The position numbers and the translations under genes are program-made. Shown here piece after piece: positions 38,676-52,199 of a stretch of DNA of 64,000 nt. The notes beneath the pieces were generated by a model. The model had not been told where the DNA came from, made no database searches, and saw only the letters and a program-made list of their open reading frames with translations. Origin of the DNA: Octopus vulgaris (lineage: Eukaryota); the NCBI GenBank assembly GCA_951406725.2, contig OX597824.1, forward strand, positions 55,490,001 to 55,554,000, given 5' to 3'. Positions within the stretch are counted from its first letter, which is position 1. Every line of letters begins with the position of its first letter.

Positions 38676-41374
38676 CCCCTGTCTCTCAGGACTCAAGACG
38701 AACAGTTTACTGAGTCTAAGGTTGCTGAGTCCGAGGAGCCTGCTGTGTGTGTGGTGGTTGCTGCGGTTGATGCTCCGTGTCTGGGTCCTTTTGTATCTGG
38801 ACCCCTGTCTCTCGGGACTCAGGAGGACTGTGTGGTGCCCACCGTGGAGAGGCTACGGGCATGGATGGACTGTCGGCCGAACTTGCGTTTTGTGAAGCCT
38901 TCGGTGCAGAAGCTGGTGACGAAGAGGACCAAGCCTGGTGATGGACTGTGGTGTGCTTCTGTCGGGTCGACAAAGCTTAGGGAGGGGGTAGTGATATGGA
39001 GGTCACTTGAGAAGCAGAGTGCTTGTGGCCTGGTTTTGTGGTTTGGAGCCAGGCAGATGGATAAAGCCTTTGTCCTGTCGGTTACTGGAGAGATTAATGT
39101 GTTTGGAAGAGACATCTGACTCTTTTCCGATCAGGGAAAGTTTAAGAAACCACTCTTTAAAATGCAACGAACCAGGTTTGTTGGTCAGTTCTGCCTGAGA
39201 CAGTGAGATGGCAACAGGTCAGTTCTGCCTGAGACAGTGAATTGGCAACAGGGCAGTTTGGCCAGAGACAGACAGTGAATGAGGAGCTGAGGGAGATTAC
39301 GGCGTGAAGGCATTGGCTATTTGTAGCAGGAGCTTGTAACGGTATGTTTTGTTTATGTTTTGATGTGAAATGTAAAAGAAACGAGATTGTGACGTAAATT
39401 GCAATCTGTTGTAAAGAACAAAAAAAAGAATTACTGAAAAGAAAAAGAATTGTGTCAAAAAAAGAGAACTGTGAATTGAGGAAAAGAGGAAGAAAAAGGA
39501 GAAGGAAAAAGAGGAAGAAAAGAAAGAAGGAGAAAGACTTTAATGTTGAACTGTTTCGAACTATATTGCATCAATTTGAACTGTTTTGATTGTCTCTGGA
39601 CTTGGTGTATCGTGCATGCCTTTGATTGTTTTCGAACGATGTGTTATGTTTAAATGCATTGGTTGTTTTTCTTTTTGATTCTGTTGCATGTTATTTTCTT
39701 TAATGTATCTGATATGTTTCACATTGTATTTGATGTTGTAATAATTGTTATAAACTGTTCTTAATTGTAAGCAAATTACCTTCCGCCGTCTCTCTATCTC
39801 TTCCTCCTCCTGTTGTTGTTATCTCCGGTCGCCGGTTCGAGTTCGCTGCCATCCCTCCACCACCATTTTCTCTCTGTGTGGTGGATTCCCGTTCGACTGA
39901 GCTGGTCAATCGTCATCGCTCGACTTAGTAGGGTTCCAGGTTCGAGTTTGAGCGACAGCAGGTTCGTAACAATATTATTAATAATAATTGATTATTATTT
40001 ATCTGGTCATAAACATAGACTTGTTTATATGTTCCAATATATGTATATATATGTATATGACGTATGGTATATCTACTTGGACCTATTGTTTAATTGTGTT
40101 TATTTATGTATTTTACACATGTAAAAGTACATACACTTTGCTTATGTATGTATATGTGTATATATGTATATGTCTATATGGATATTTGTTCATTTTTTAA
40201 ATATATATATTTATATATATTAAATAATACTTGTATCATGTTTAATGTATTAATATTGATATTTTTAAAGTTCCTTATAACATCTGACAAGGCCTATGGT
40301 TATATATATAAGTACACTATTTTTAAATGCCTACAACCTCATTATGTTGACAACTATAGGCAATAAAATAAAAATAACTACTTTTAACCATAAGCTGAAA
40401 CAGCTGTAAGAAGTGATTTTAAAGATTTCAATAATTCATATTATGATTTTTGTAATTTGTATTCTTATCTTATATATATTGAATTATAAGATATATATGT
40501 ATGATATTGCGGTTCTCATTTTGTTGAATGAATAAATAATCCAGCATTCTAATATCCGAAAGTTGGTGAACAAACTGAATTTGTTTCTCCATTTTCTTAT
40601 TTGTATTTACATACATACATACATACATATATATATATATACGCACACACACATACATATATATATATATAAATACATATATATACACACACATACATTG
40701 TAAATATGAGAGTAATAAATTAAAATAATTTATTACCAGTGGTTAGCAACCATAAATAAAATACATAAGACAACATATTTTTTTTTAAATATGAGTCTAT
40801 AAAATATCTTTATACACAGAGAGGAGTACTTTAATAACTTATCTTAATTTATTACCCTCATATTTACAATAGTAATTCTTATAATTCAGAGGCTATATAG
40901 GGCACAGTTTTAAATTTGTTTATTTAGTGTTGGAGTATATATTTACGTTTGCGCACTAAGTTTGGCTCCATAATGTATAAAGATGTTTTGCACAGGTATT
41001 TTTGGTATGTATTTGCAACTACAAAATTAATAATTAATAAGCGATCTCACTGATGATCTAGAGATTTCAAATTAGTTTATTTGGCAATCAATAGTAAAAC
41101 TTAAGTTCGGGATTACCTAATTCACTTTTTTGTTCATTCTTGTGTTATAAGAACGTGCTGCATAAATACTTTTTTGTAGTTTGGGTTTTAAGCGCTCATT
41201 CTAGCATGTAAGGCTCATGTCAAATGTCTCATCTGTGTATAAAAATATTTTATAGACTCATATATTTTATATATATGTATACACACATACATATATATAT
41301 ATATATATATGTATACACACATATACAAATATACACACACACATATATATATATATACATACATATATATATAA

Positions 41375-42085
41375 GTGCCACACCCTAGCGGTTGAGGGAA
41401 ATTGAAAGAGGTAGACCAGGGAAGACCTGGGATGAGGTGGTGAAGCACGACCTTTGAACATTAGGCATCACCAAAGCAATGACTAGTGACCGAGACCTTT
41501 GGAAATATGCTGTGCTTAAGAAGACTCGGCAAGCCAAGTGAGACCATAACCCGTGGCCTATGCCAGAGGTGTAACCTGACCACTTATGCGTACCTTTCCT
41601 TCATTGGACACTAAACTCTGCTTCAGAAGACCTGTTGAGGCAAGTGAAATTGAAGTCAAATCAAATTCAATGACTGGCACCTGTGCCAGTGGAGTGCTAA
41701 GAGCACCATCCAAGCATGATTGTTGCCAGAGCAGCTAACTGGCTTCCATGCCAGTGACATGTAAAAATGCCGGTGGCAGTTGAAAAAAACATTTGAGCGA
41801 GGTCATTGCCAGTGTCACTGGACTGGCTCCTGTGCAAGTGGCATGTAAGAAACACCATTTGAGAGTAGCTGTTGCCAGTACTGCCTAACTGGCCGTCATG
41901 CTGGTGGCACATAAAAGTAGCCACAACACACTCGGAGTGGTTGGCGTTAGGAAGGGCATCCAGCTGTAGAAACTCTGCCAGATCATATTAGAGCCTGGTG
42001 CAGCCATCTGGTTTACCAGTCTTCAGTCAAATCGTCCAACACATGCCAGTATCGAAAGCAGATGTTATACAATGATGATGATGAT
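41375..42085 (+). mobile_element. 5'-truncated RTE LINE
   Basis: RGRPGKTWDEVVKHDL plus RTE 3' UTR and (GAT)n tail. Confidence 0.85.
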
Positions 42086-42106
42086 AATATATACATACAC
42101 GCATAC

Positions 42107-42139
<33 letters not shown>

Positions 42140-42152
42140 CATACATATATAT

Positions 42153-42283
<131 letters not shown>

Positions 42284-42611
42284 TATATGTATACATATAT
42301 ATATATATACATATATATATAAGTATACATATATATATATACATATATATATAAGTATACATATATATATATATATATGTATACATATATATATATATGT
42401 ATACATATATATATATATGTATACATATATATATATACATATATATATATGTATATATATATACATATATATATATATACATGTACATACATATGTACAT
42501 ATATGTATATATATACACATATACATATATATACATATACATACATACATATACATATACACATACACACACATATATATATACATATACATACATGTAT
42601 ATATATGCATA

Positions 42612-42922
42612 TCACCATGATCACTGTGACCAACCAGGATATCAGATGTTGCTACACATCGCTGGTCACAATGCACTTTGCATTGTTTTAGCCTTCAAAT
42701 GATGCCACCCCACTGGCTAAGTGACCAGGCCAACAGAAGAAAGAGTGAGAGAAAGTTATGGCAAAAGAGTACAGCAGGGATCGCCACCACCCCCTGCCAG
42801 AGCCTCGAGGAGCTTTAGGTGTTTTCGCTCAATAAACACTCACAACGCCTGATCTGGGTATCGAAACCGCGATCCTACGACCTTGAGTCCGCTACCCTAA
42901 CCACTAGGCCATTGCGCCTCCA
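42612..42922 (-). mobile_element. tRNA-derived SINE (second family; 3' part also at 55152-55276 on +)
   Basis: Head GGAGGCGCAATGGCCTAGTGGTTAGGG...GGTTTCGATACCC (A and B boxes). Confidence 0.8.
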
Positions 42923-43412
42923 CATATATGCATATATATATATATACATATATATATATGTACACATATATATGTATATATATATACACACACATTCATA
43001 TACATACACACACACAACACATACATACACACACGTACTTACACGCACACACACACATACACACGCAAACATGAACGCACATATACCCGCGAACACACAC
43101 ATACACACATGCACATACACGTATATGTGCATCTATACATAGATATATGTATACATATATATGTGTGTGTAGTGTGTGTGGACGCATATGTGTATGTGTG
43201 TGTATGTATGTATGTATGAGTGTGTGGGTGTATGCATGTGTGTGTGTAGTGTGTGTGCACGTGAAACTCTGAGTAACAAATTTTGTGATATTTTTGATGC
43301 TTCTTGATAAAGCATATTAGTCTACCTCTGATATTCAAATACTATTTTTTCCACCTTGTTTCACATTTATGTGCTTACTCTGGTATATATAAATGTATAC
43401 ATATCTATATTA

Positions 43413-44330
<918 letters not shown>

Positions 44331-45054
44331 TATCCGTTTTCAGCAGAGAGAGACGTGATTGCCTCTGCTCTGTGAAAAAGTTTGCATAGATCGGCGAAAT
44401 AACCCACTGTAGTAGCAAAACGTAAAACTCTAAGTCATAGAGATCATTACAACACTTTGGTTAAAAAATATTTTTAAAAAATATATATATATATACATAT
44501 ATACAGTAATTTTCATTTTCGCCGAAAACGCACATGGTGGAAAAAACTCACTGACTCACTGAATCAAGTTATCTCCTGCAAGAAGGGAAAAGAAGCATCT
44601 CTCCTGGAAAACAATCCCGTAAACCACAAAAAATCCAGACCACATCGTTGGATTAAGTATCACTTTCATCTTCTATTTCATATTTTGTTTATTATCCTAT
44701 TTTATCCCCCTTAACTTAAGCCCACATCTCCGTTAAAGTTACGATCGCCATTTTTGTTTTGTTTACATCTCAATATCTGTTCTCGAAGGCAGAAATTGGC
44801 TTCAGAATTAAATAACCCTTTCTTCACACTTAATATATATATTTTAATATATTTTCACTCATTTTCTTTTTTTTTCCACCTTCCTTCTCTCCCCGTCTGT
44901 GTATATGTGTGTGTGTATGTGTGTGCACGTGTATGTATGTGTGTGTGCGTGTATGTATATATGTATGCGTATATATGCATGGACGTGAACTTTCACGAAC
45001 TTTAGATAGATAAATAATCTTTCCTCTCTTTCTTACCTCTCATCTCTCCTCTTT

Positions 45055-45792
45055 CAGATACTCTATCTTCTAATTAGCCTTAAGATTATATAACGTTTAA
45101 TATTGTTTAATATTGTTTAACATTGTTAATAATTTTTCAGATACTCTATCTTCTAATTAGCCTTAAGAATAAACAACGTTTTTACCCACACTTTAATATC
45201 TTCTAATTTTTTACCCACACTTTAATATCTTCTAATTAGCCTTTTTACCCACATTTTAAATATTTGTTAATATATTTTCAGATACTCTATCCTCTAATTA
45301 GCCTTAAGATTAAATAACGTTTTTACCCACACTTTAACATTTTCACCCACACTTTAATATATTTTTGAATACTCTATCTTCTAATTAGCCTTAAGATTAA
45401 ATAACGTTTTTATCCACACTTTAATATAATATTAATATTGTTAACATATTTTCAGATACTCTATCTCCTAATTAGCCTTAAGATTAAATAACGTTTTTAC
45501 CCACAAACTTTAATATTGTTAATATTAATAATACTCTATCCTCTAATTAGCCTTAAGATTAAATAACGTTTTTACCCACACTTTAATATATTTTGAATAC
45601 TCTATCTTCTAATTAGCCTTAAGATTAAATAACGTTTTTACCCACACTCTAATATAATATTAATATTGCTAATATATTTTCAGATATTCTATCCCCTAAT
45701 TAGCCTTAAGATTAAATAACGTTTTTACCCACAAACTTTAATAATGTTAATATTTTTTTTTCAAATACTCTATCTTCTAATTAGCCTTAATA
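45055..45792 (+). repeat. Tandem array (~9 units plus partials, core TACTCTATCTTCTAATTAGCCTTAAGATTAAATAACGTTTTTACCCACAC)
   Basis: Variable-length AT-rich units ending ~60 bp before the LINE ORF1 ATG. Confidence 0.9.
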
Positions 45793-45851
45793 TCTTCTTG
45801 TCTTCTCTCGAACATAGTTAGATAGATAAATAAATAGACAGATTATCCAGC

Positions 45852-46951
45852 ATGTCCAGAGCATGGAGACCTGACGAACTAGATTTATTCGTACGAGCCT
45901 GGAAGTGCGCCGACGGAGATAGCCCTAGCAAGGTGATTGCAGCTGCGCTGGAGAACAAAGGCTACAAGAGGACAGCGGCTCAGATGGAGCGAAAGAGACG
46001 GGAATTCGTGCGCTCATATGCGCTTGTACGGTCGCACATTGGCGCACTTGATGCCATCTTTGAGAACGAGCGGGGCAAAGATGGCAAGAATGGAGACGAT
46101 GAAAGAAGTCACCCCCACCTGGTGGACGCCTGGGAGGAGGTTTTGAATGAGAAACCTGCCCGGGAAGTGAACCCAGGTGCAAGTTCTCCAACCGGCAGCA
46201 AGGGCCATGGAGACGGAGAACCCGGTGAAGAGGTAGAGGGACGAGGAAGAACTAAAAGAAGGACTGGAAGAGCTAAAGGAAAAGCTCAAGCAGGACCAAA
46301 GGGTGAAAAACCAGGAATAGAAGTGGAACCGCAAAAGATGGAAACAAACAGCGCACACGGGTGTGTAGGTTCTACCTGAGAGGTTCCTGCTGGCATGGAA
46401 AGGAAGGTGCAGGCTGCCGCTTTGCACATCGGGGACCCTGCCACAGAGACACGAGGCAGATGGACAAACCATCAACACAAAGAAAAGGGATGGACCACGC
46501 ACCACTTGCCCCAAAGCGGAGGTACGCAGATGTTGTGCGTGCCACAAACCGCCAACATGATGTTGTCGAAAGGGCAGCTGCTGAGCAACAATCTTTTTTG
46601 TGCATGGCACAAAAGATTGTACAGCAGCTGACCTGGCTTCATCAAACCCAAGCCCTGCAGGTGGGACTACCCACTATATACCAGACCACCACAGCAAACA
46701 GACCCAGGATGGACACCGCCGGCAACAACGTACACCTCACCTCGATGCTCCTACTGAACATCAGAGGACTGCAAACACTCAGTAACAGGACAAAATCCCG
46801 TTCCTGAGAGACTTTGTTGCATGCAATCAAGCCTTATGCATAGCACTTACGGAAACGCACCTGAAACCGGACATAGCAGATGCGGAGTTACACATACCAC
46901 AGTTATGCTGTACTACGGACCGACAGGAAAAGAAAGGAGTCATGGAGGTGT
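45852..46951 (+). mobile_element. 5' part of a CR1-group LINE: ORF1 (trihelix/Myb-like plus CCCH finger) and start of the APE endonuclease
   Basis: WRPDELDLFVRAW...GYKRTAAQMERK; CRFYLRGSCWHGKEGAGCRFAH; LLLNIRGL, IALTETHL, HGGV; frameshifts; ends at a (TA)n tract and the RTE insertion. Confidence 0.8.
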
Positions 46952-46978
46952 TATATATATATATATATATATATATAT

Positions 46979-49818
46979 CATCATCATCATCATCATCGTT
47001 TAACGTCCGTTCTCCATGCTAGCATGGGTTGGACGGTTCGACCGAGGATCTGGGAAGCCAGAAGGCTGCACCAGGCTCCAGTCTTATCTGGCAATGTTTC
47101 TACAGCTGGATGCCCTTCCTAACGCCAACCACTCCGTGAGTGTAGTGGGTGCTTTTTACGTGCCACCTGCACAGGTGCCAGGCGAGGCTGGCAACGGCCA
47201 CGGTCGGATTGGTGTATTTTATGTGCCACCGGCACGGAAGCCAGTCGAGGCGGTGCTGGCATCGGCCACGAGTCGGATAGTGCTTTTTACGTACCACCAG
47301 ACCAGGGATCCTGGCTGGTTCAATTCGATTTCGATTTCGCTTGCCCCAACATGTCTTCACAAGCAAAGGGGGTTGGCATGGGTGCCTGTCGTACGGTCGC
47401 ATTGGAGTATTTTACGTGCCACCGGCACGGAAGCCAGTCGCGGCGCTGGCATCGGCCACGAGTCGGATAGTGCTTTTTACGTACCACCAGACCAGGGATC
47501 CTGGCTGGTTCAATTCGGTTTCGATTTCGATTTCGCTTGCCCCAACATGTCTTCGCAAGCAAAGGGGGTTGGCATGGGTGCCTGTCGTCGGATGAGGTTC
47601 TATATCGACTTCGCTTGCCTCAACAGGTCTTTGTGTCCAAGGGAGGAAAGGCATTCATAAGTGGGCTGGGCTCACTTGTCCTGCCTGGTCTTCTCACGTA
47701 CAGAATATTTCCAAAGGTCTCGGTCGCTGGTCATTTCCTCAGTGAGGCCTAAAGTTCGAAGGTCGTGCTTCACCACCTCGTCCCAGGTTTTCCTGGGTCT
47801 ACCTCTTCCACGGGTTCCCTCAACTGCTAGGGATTGGCACTTTCTCACACACCTATCTTCATCCATTCTCGCCACATGACCATACCAGCGCAATCGTCTC
47901 TCTTGCACACCACAACTGATGCTTCTTAGGTACAACATTTCTCTCAAGGTGCTAACGCTCTGTCGAGTATGTACACTGACATTACACATCCATCGGAGCA
48001 TACTGGCTTCATTCCTCACGAGCTTACGCATGTCCTCAGCAGTCACGGCCCATGTTTCACTGCCATGTAGCATGGCTGTTCGTACACACGCATCATACAG
48101 TCTGCCTTTTACTCTGAGCGAGAGGCCTTTAGTCACCAGCAGAGGTAAGAGCTCCCTAAACTTTGCCCAGGCTATTCTTATTCTAGCAGTTACACTTTCA
48201 GCGCACCCACCCCCACTACTGACTTGGTCACCTAGATAACGGAAGCTATCAACTACTTCTAGTTTTTCCCCCTGGAAAGTGACGGAAGTTGTTTTCTGCA
48301 GATTTTCGGAGGTTAATGCTCCCGAGCATCTGCCACATACAAAAACTATCTTCCCAGTTAGCCTACCTTTGACATTGCTGCACCTCTTATGTGTCCATAG
48401 CTTACACTGGGTACATCTTATAGAGTTTCTACCTACACCTTTTCTACAGATCGAGCAGGGCCATCTTCCTGAAGACATTTGTGGATTGTCTACCTTCCTA
48501 CTTATTAGTACTTTGGTTTTAGCTAGGTTGACTCTAAGGCCCCTCGATTCTAAACCCTCCTTCCACACCTGGAACTTCTCCTCCAGTTCTGATAGTGACT
48601 CAGCAATAAGAGCAAGGTCGTCAGCGTAGAGGAGCTCCCAGGGACAACCTGTCTTGAATTCCTCCGTAATTGCCTGGAGGACTATGATAAATAGGAGGGG
48701 GCTGAGTACTGAACCCTGGTGGACCCCAACCTCTACTTTGAATTCTTCTGTGTACATGTTGCCAACCCTAACCTTACTTACGGCATCTCTGTACATGGCT
48801 TGCACAGTCCTCACCAGCCATTCATCTATCCCTAGTTTCCTCATTGACCACCAGATAAGGGATCGGGGGACCCTATCAAAAGCTTTCTCAATGTCAACGA
48901 AAGCCAGGTACAGGGGCATATCTTTGGCTAGGTATTTCTCCTGCAGCTGCCTTACCAGGAATATAGCATCAGTGGTACTTTTCCCTGGCACGAACCCAAA
49001 CTGCATCTCATCTAAACTAACTCTCTCTCTAATTAGTTGGGCTATGACACTCTCCGTAACCTTCATTACTTGATCCTACAGCTTGATACCTCTGTAATTA
49101 TTTGTATCTAGGGCATCACCTTTACCTTTGTAGCAGTTGACTAGTATGCTGCTGCACCAGTCATTGGGTATGACTCCTTCGTGTATCACCTGGTTGACTA
49201 TACGGGTGACTAGGTTATAGCCGACACTGCCAGATATTTTGAGCATCTCTGCAGTAATTCCTGATGGGCCTGGGGCTTTCCCTGTCTTCATGCTTCTAAT
49301 TGCCTTAGCTACCACGGAACTATCAACTCGGATAGCTGGTCCCTCTGTTGGGTCAACATTCGGCAGACTCACTTTATCCAAATAATTTTCTTTATTCAGC
49401 AACCTTTCATAGTGGCATCTCGAAACCTCTCTCTTTGCATCCTCATTTAGCGCTAGTGAACCATCATCCATGCAAACACACTTCTCTCCTACCACATATC
49501 GATTCTCTCTCACACACTGTCTTGCAACATCCACTTCCCCTCCGGCTAAATAAACCTGTCTCCTAGCTTCCCTTCTGGCTGTCTGATACAATTCCCTGCT
49601 ACCACCATTCTTCCAGTCCTTTCAAGCCTGTCTCTTTTGTCTAATAGTCCTGTCAACCACAGTGTTCCACCACCACGTTACTCTGGGTCGAGATGGTACT
49701 TTGCTCCATCCACAGATCTGGTCAGTGGCTGTCAGCAGATTGTTCAGCGTAGAAATCTCCAGTTGTCTTCCACATGAAGTGAAGCTATATCCCTTCTATT
49801 TCGTCAAAGGCTCCGAGT
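46979..49818 (-). mobile_element. Young RTE-clade LINE (ORF2 RT region plus 3' UTR), cut by an assembly gap
   Basis: KAPGPSG, YRGIKL, QFGFVPGKST, DIEKAFD, GVHQGSVLSP, YADD, RGRGRPRKTW; ORFs 49076-49591 and 47672-49066 are in frame, separated by one TAG. Confidence 0.96.
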
Positions 49819-49918
49819 NNNNNNNNNNNNNNNNNNNNNNNNNNNNNNNNNNNNNNNNNNNNNNNNNNNNNNNNNNNNNNNNNNNNNNNNNNNNNNNNNN
49901 NNNNNNNNNNNNNNNNNN
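49819..49918. other. Assembly gap (100 N)
   Basis: N run. Confidence 1.
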
Positions 49919-49970
49919 ATGTGTATATATATATGTGTGTGTGTGTATATATATATATGTGTAAAATATA

Positions 49971-50004
<34 letters not shown>

Positions 50005-50030
50005 CATATGTATATATATATATATATATA

Positions 50031-50520
50031 TCATCATCATCATCATCATTTAGCGTCCGTTTTCCATGCTAGCATGGGTTGGACGGTTCAACTGGGGTCT
50101 GTGAAGCCGGAAGGCTTCATCAGGCTCCAGTCTGATCTGGCAGTGTTTCTACGGCTGGATGCCCTTCCTAACGCCAACCACTCCACGAGTGTAGTGGGTG
50201 CTTTTTACGTGCCACCTGCACAGGTGCCAGACAGAGCTGGCAAACGGCCACGAACAGATGGTGTCTTTACGTGCCACCGGCACAGGGGGTAGAAGAGGCT
50301 TGCAATGGACACGAACGGATGGCGCTTTTACGTGCTACCAGCACGGGGGCCAGGCGAGGCTGGCAACGGACACGAGCGGATGGTGCTTTTATGTGCCAAT
50401 GGCACGGGGGCCAGGCGAGGCTGGCAACGGACAAACGATCGGATGGTTCGCTTAACCACAGCTGCAATTTCCACTGATGTTGATTTGGTTTGATTTTGAC
50501 TGTTCTCACTGGTCTTGCCG
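50031..50520 (-). mobile_element. RTE 3' UTR fragment
   Basis: (CAT)n followed by TTTCCATGCTAGCATGGGTTGGACGG and TTTACGTGCCACC repeats. Confidence 0.8.
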
Positions 50521-50541
50521 GGTCTTCTAATAATAATAAAT

Positions 50542-50635
50542 TGCCCTGATGCAGTACCAGGCAGTGGCTCTAATGCCCTGATGCAGTACCAGGCAGTGGC
50601 TCTAATGCCCTGATGCAGTACCAGGCAGTGGCTCT
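50542..50635. repeat. 3 x 32-bp tandem repeat at the end of an unclassified interspersed repeat
   Basis: TGCCCTGATGCAGTACCAGGCAGTGGCTCTAA x3 next to (TAA)n. Confidence 0.85.
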
Positions 50636-51014
50636 CATGGCTTCTGATCCTAACTGATTGGAAGTGTTATCATGTACATTGTTTTGTCTTGGTATAAAAG
50701 ATGGGCTACAGCAAATATTCTGCTCAATACCACAGAGTTACTTGTCAGTTGTTTGACCATAACCAGTTGAGCATGTCCCTTAGTAGCTGACGATATGTGC
50801 ATCTCTGACCACGAGCAGAAGTAGTTGGGGGAACATCATAGCCATGTGTCGAGAGGGATTCTTTGGGGTTTGAATAATTCACCTTTGGAAACATGGGTGG
50901 TTCTTTCAACATCCTTAAACAACCCTTATTCAGGGACCTTTTGAGCAGGATGGGCTACTCGACCAGAAGCTGGTAAACCAAGCCCGGTTTTCTTCAGAAA
51001 TATCCACTTTTTAC

Positions 51015-51397
51015 TCTTTCACATGTTCCAGTCTTTTGACTGCAGCCATGCTGGAGCACCACCTTTAGTCGAACAAATCGACCCCAGGACTTATTATTTT
51101 GTAAGCCTAATACTTATTCTATTGGTTTCTTTTGCTGAACTGCTAAATTTCGGAGACATAGACAAACCAACATCGGTTGTCAAGTTATGGTGAGGGGACA
51201 AACGCAGACACAAACACACACACACACACATACACAACAGGGGTCTTTCAGTTTCCTTCCACCAAATCCACCCACAAGGCATTGGTCGGCCCGGGGCCAC
51301 AGCAGATGACACCTGCCCAAGATGCCACGCAGCGGGACCGAACCCAGAACCATGTGGCTGCCAAACAAGCCACCCACCACACAGCCACTCCTACGCC
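51015..51397 (-). mobile_element. tRNA-derived SINE
   Basis: Homologous to 10322-10712. Confidence 0.8.
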
Positions 51398-51407
51398 TAT
51401 ATATATA

Positions 51408-51764
51408 TCATCATCATCATCATCATCGTTTAACGTCCGTTCTCCATGCTAGCATGGGTTGGACGGTTCGACCAGGGTTCTGGGAAGCCAGAAGGCTGCA
51501 CCAGGCTCCAGTCTAATCTGGCAATGTTTCTACAGCTGGATGCCCTTCCTAACGCCAACCACTCCGTGAGTGTAGTGGGTGCTTTTTACGTGCCACCTGC
51601 ACAGGTGCCAGGCGGGGCTGGCAACGGCCACGGTCAGATTGGAGTATTTTATGTGCCACCGGCACGGAAGCCAGTCGACGCGGTGCTGGCATCGGCCACG
51701 AGTCAGATAGTGCTTTTTACGTACCACCAGACCAGGGATCCTGGCTGGTTCAATTCGATTTCGA
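51408..51764 (-). mobile_element. RTE 3' UTR fragment, near-identical to 46979-47335
   Basis: Direct comparison. Confidence 0.85.
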
Positions 51765-51818
<54 letters not shown>

Positions 51819-51861
51819 GTATATATATATATATATACATATGTATATATATATATATGTG

Positions 51862-51892
<31 letters not shown>

Positions 51893-52021
51893 GTATATAA
51901 ATGTGTATATATAAATATATATATATATATGAATATACAAAGAGTAAATATATGGCACAACGAAGTACCGATATTCTTTACTGGAAAGCAATACACTAGT
52001 ATTGCATTACTAATTTATATA

Positions 52022-52089
<68 letters not shown>

Positions 52090-52199
52090 TATATATATAC
52101 ATATACATATATATATATATATATATTTATATGTATGTATATATATATATATGTATGTATATATATATATGTATGTATATATATATATATATGTATAAA

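Larger units (their letters stand above)
37243..39971 (+). mobile_element. Non-autonomous LTR retroelement (two ~975-bp LTRs, ~770-bp internal region)
   Basis: LTR1 ~37243-38219 and LTR2 ~38989-39971 both end GTAACA; PBS and PPT (AGGGAGGGGG) present; no pol. Confidence 0.93.
32795..40607. repeat. Large inverted-repeat structure, possibly Penelope-like or foldback; each arm interrupted by a different insertion
   Basis: 32795-33400 is the reverse complement of 39988-40607; ~34520-34645 is the reverse complement of ~37100-37235. Confidence 0.85.

Noticed and set aside
42830-42922. tRNA gene
   Set aside because: It is the tRNA-like head of a SINE, continuous with a SINE body and lacking a proper acceptor stem
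44552-44669. First coding exon of ppd (MKVILNPTMWSGFF...)
   Set aside because: It ends in phase 2 while the next exon needs phase 0, and there is no homology support; it may still be a UTR exon
45055-45792. CRISPR-like repeat-spacer appearance
   Set aside because: Linkers are related low-complexity AT sequence of variable length, there are no cas genes, and the context is eukaryotic
50542-50635. Hammerhead ribozyme in the CTGATG-containing 32-bp repeat
   Set aside because: The core reads CTGATGC rather than CUGANGA, and no GAAA partner is evident
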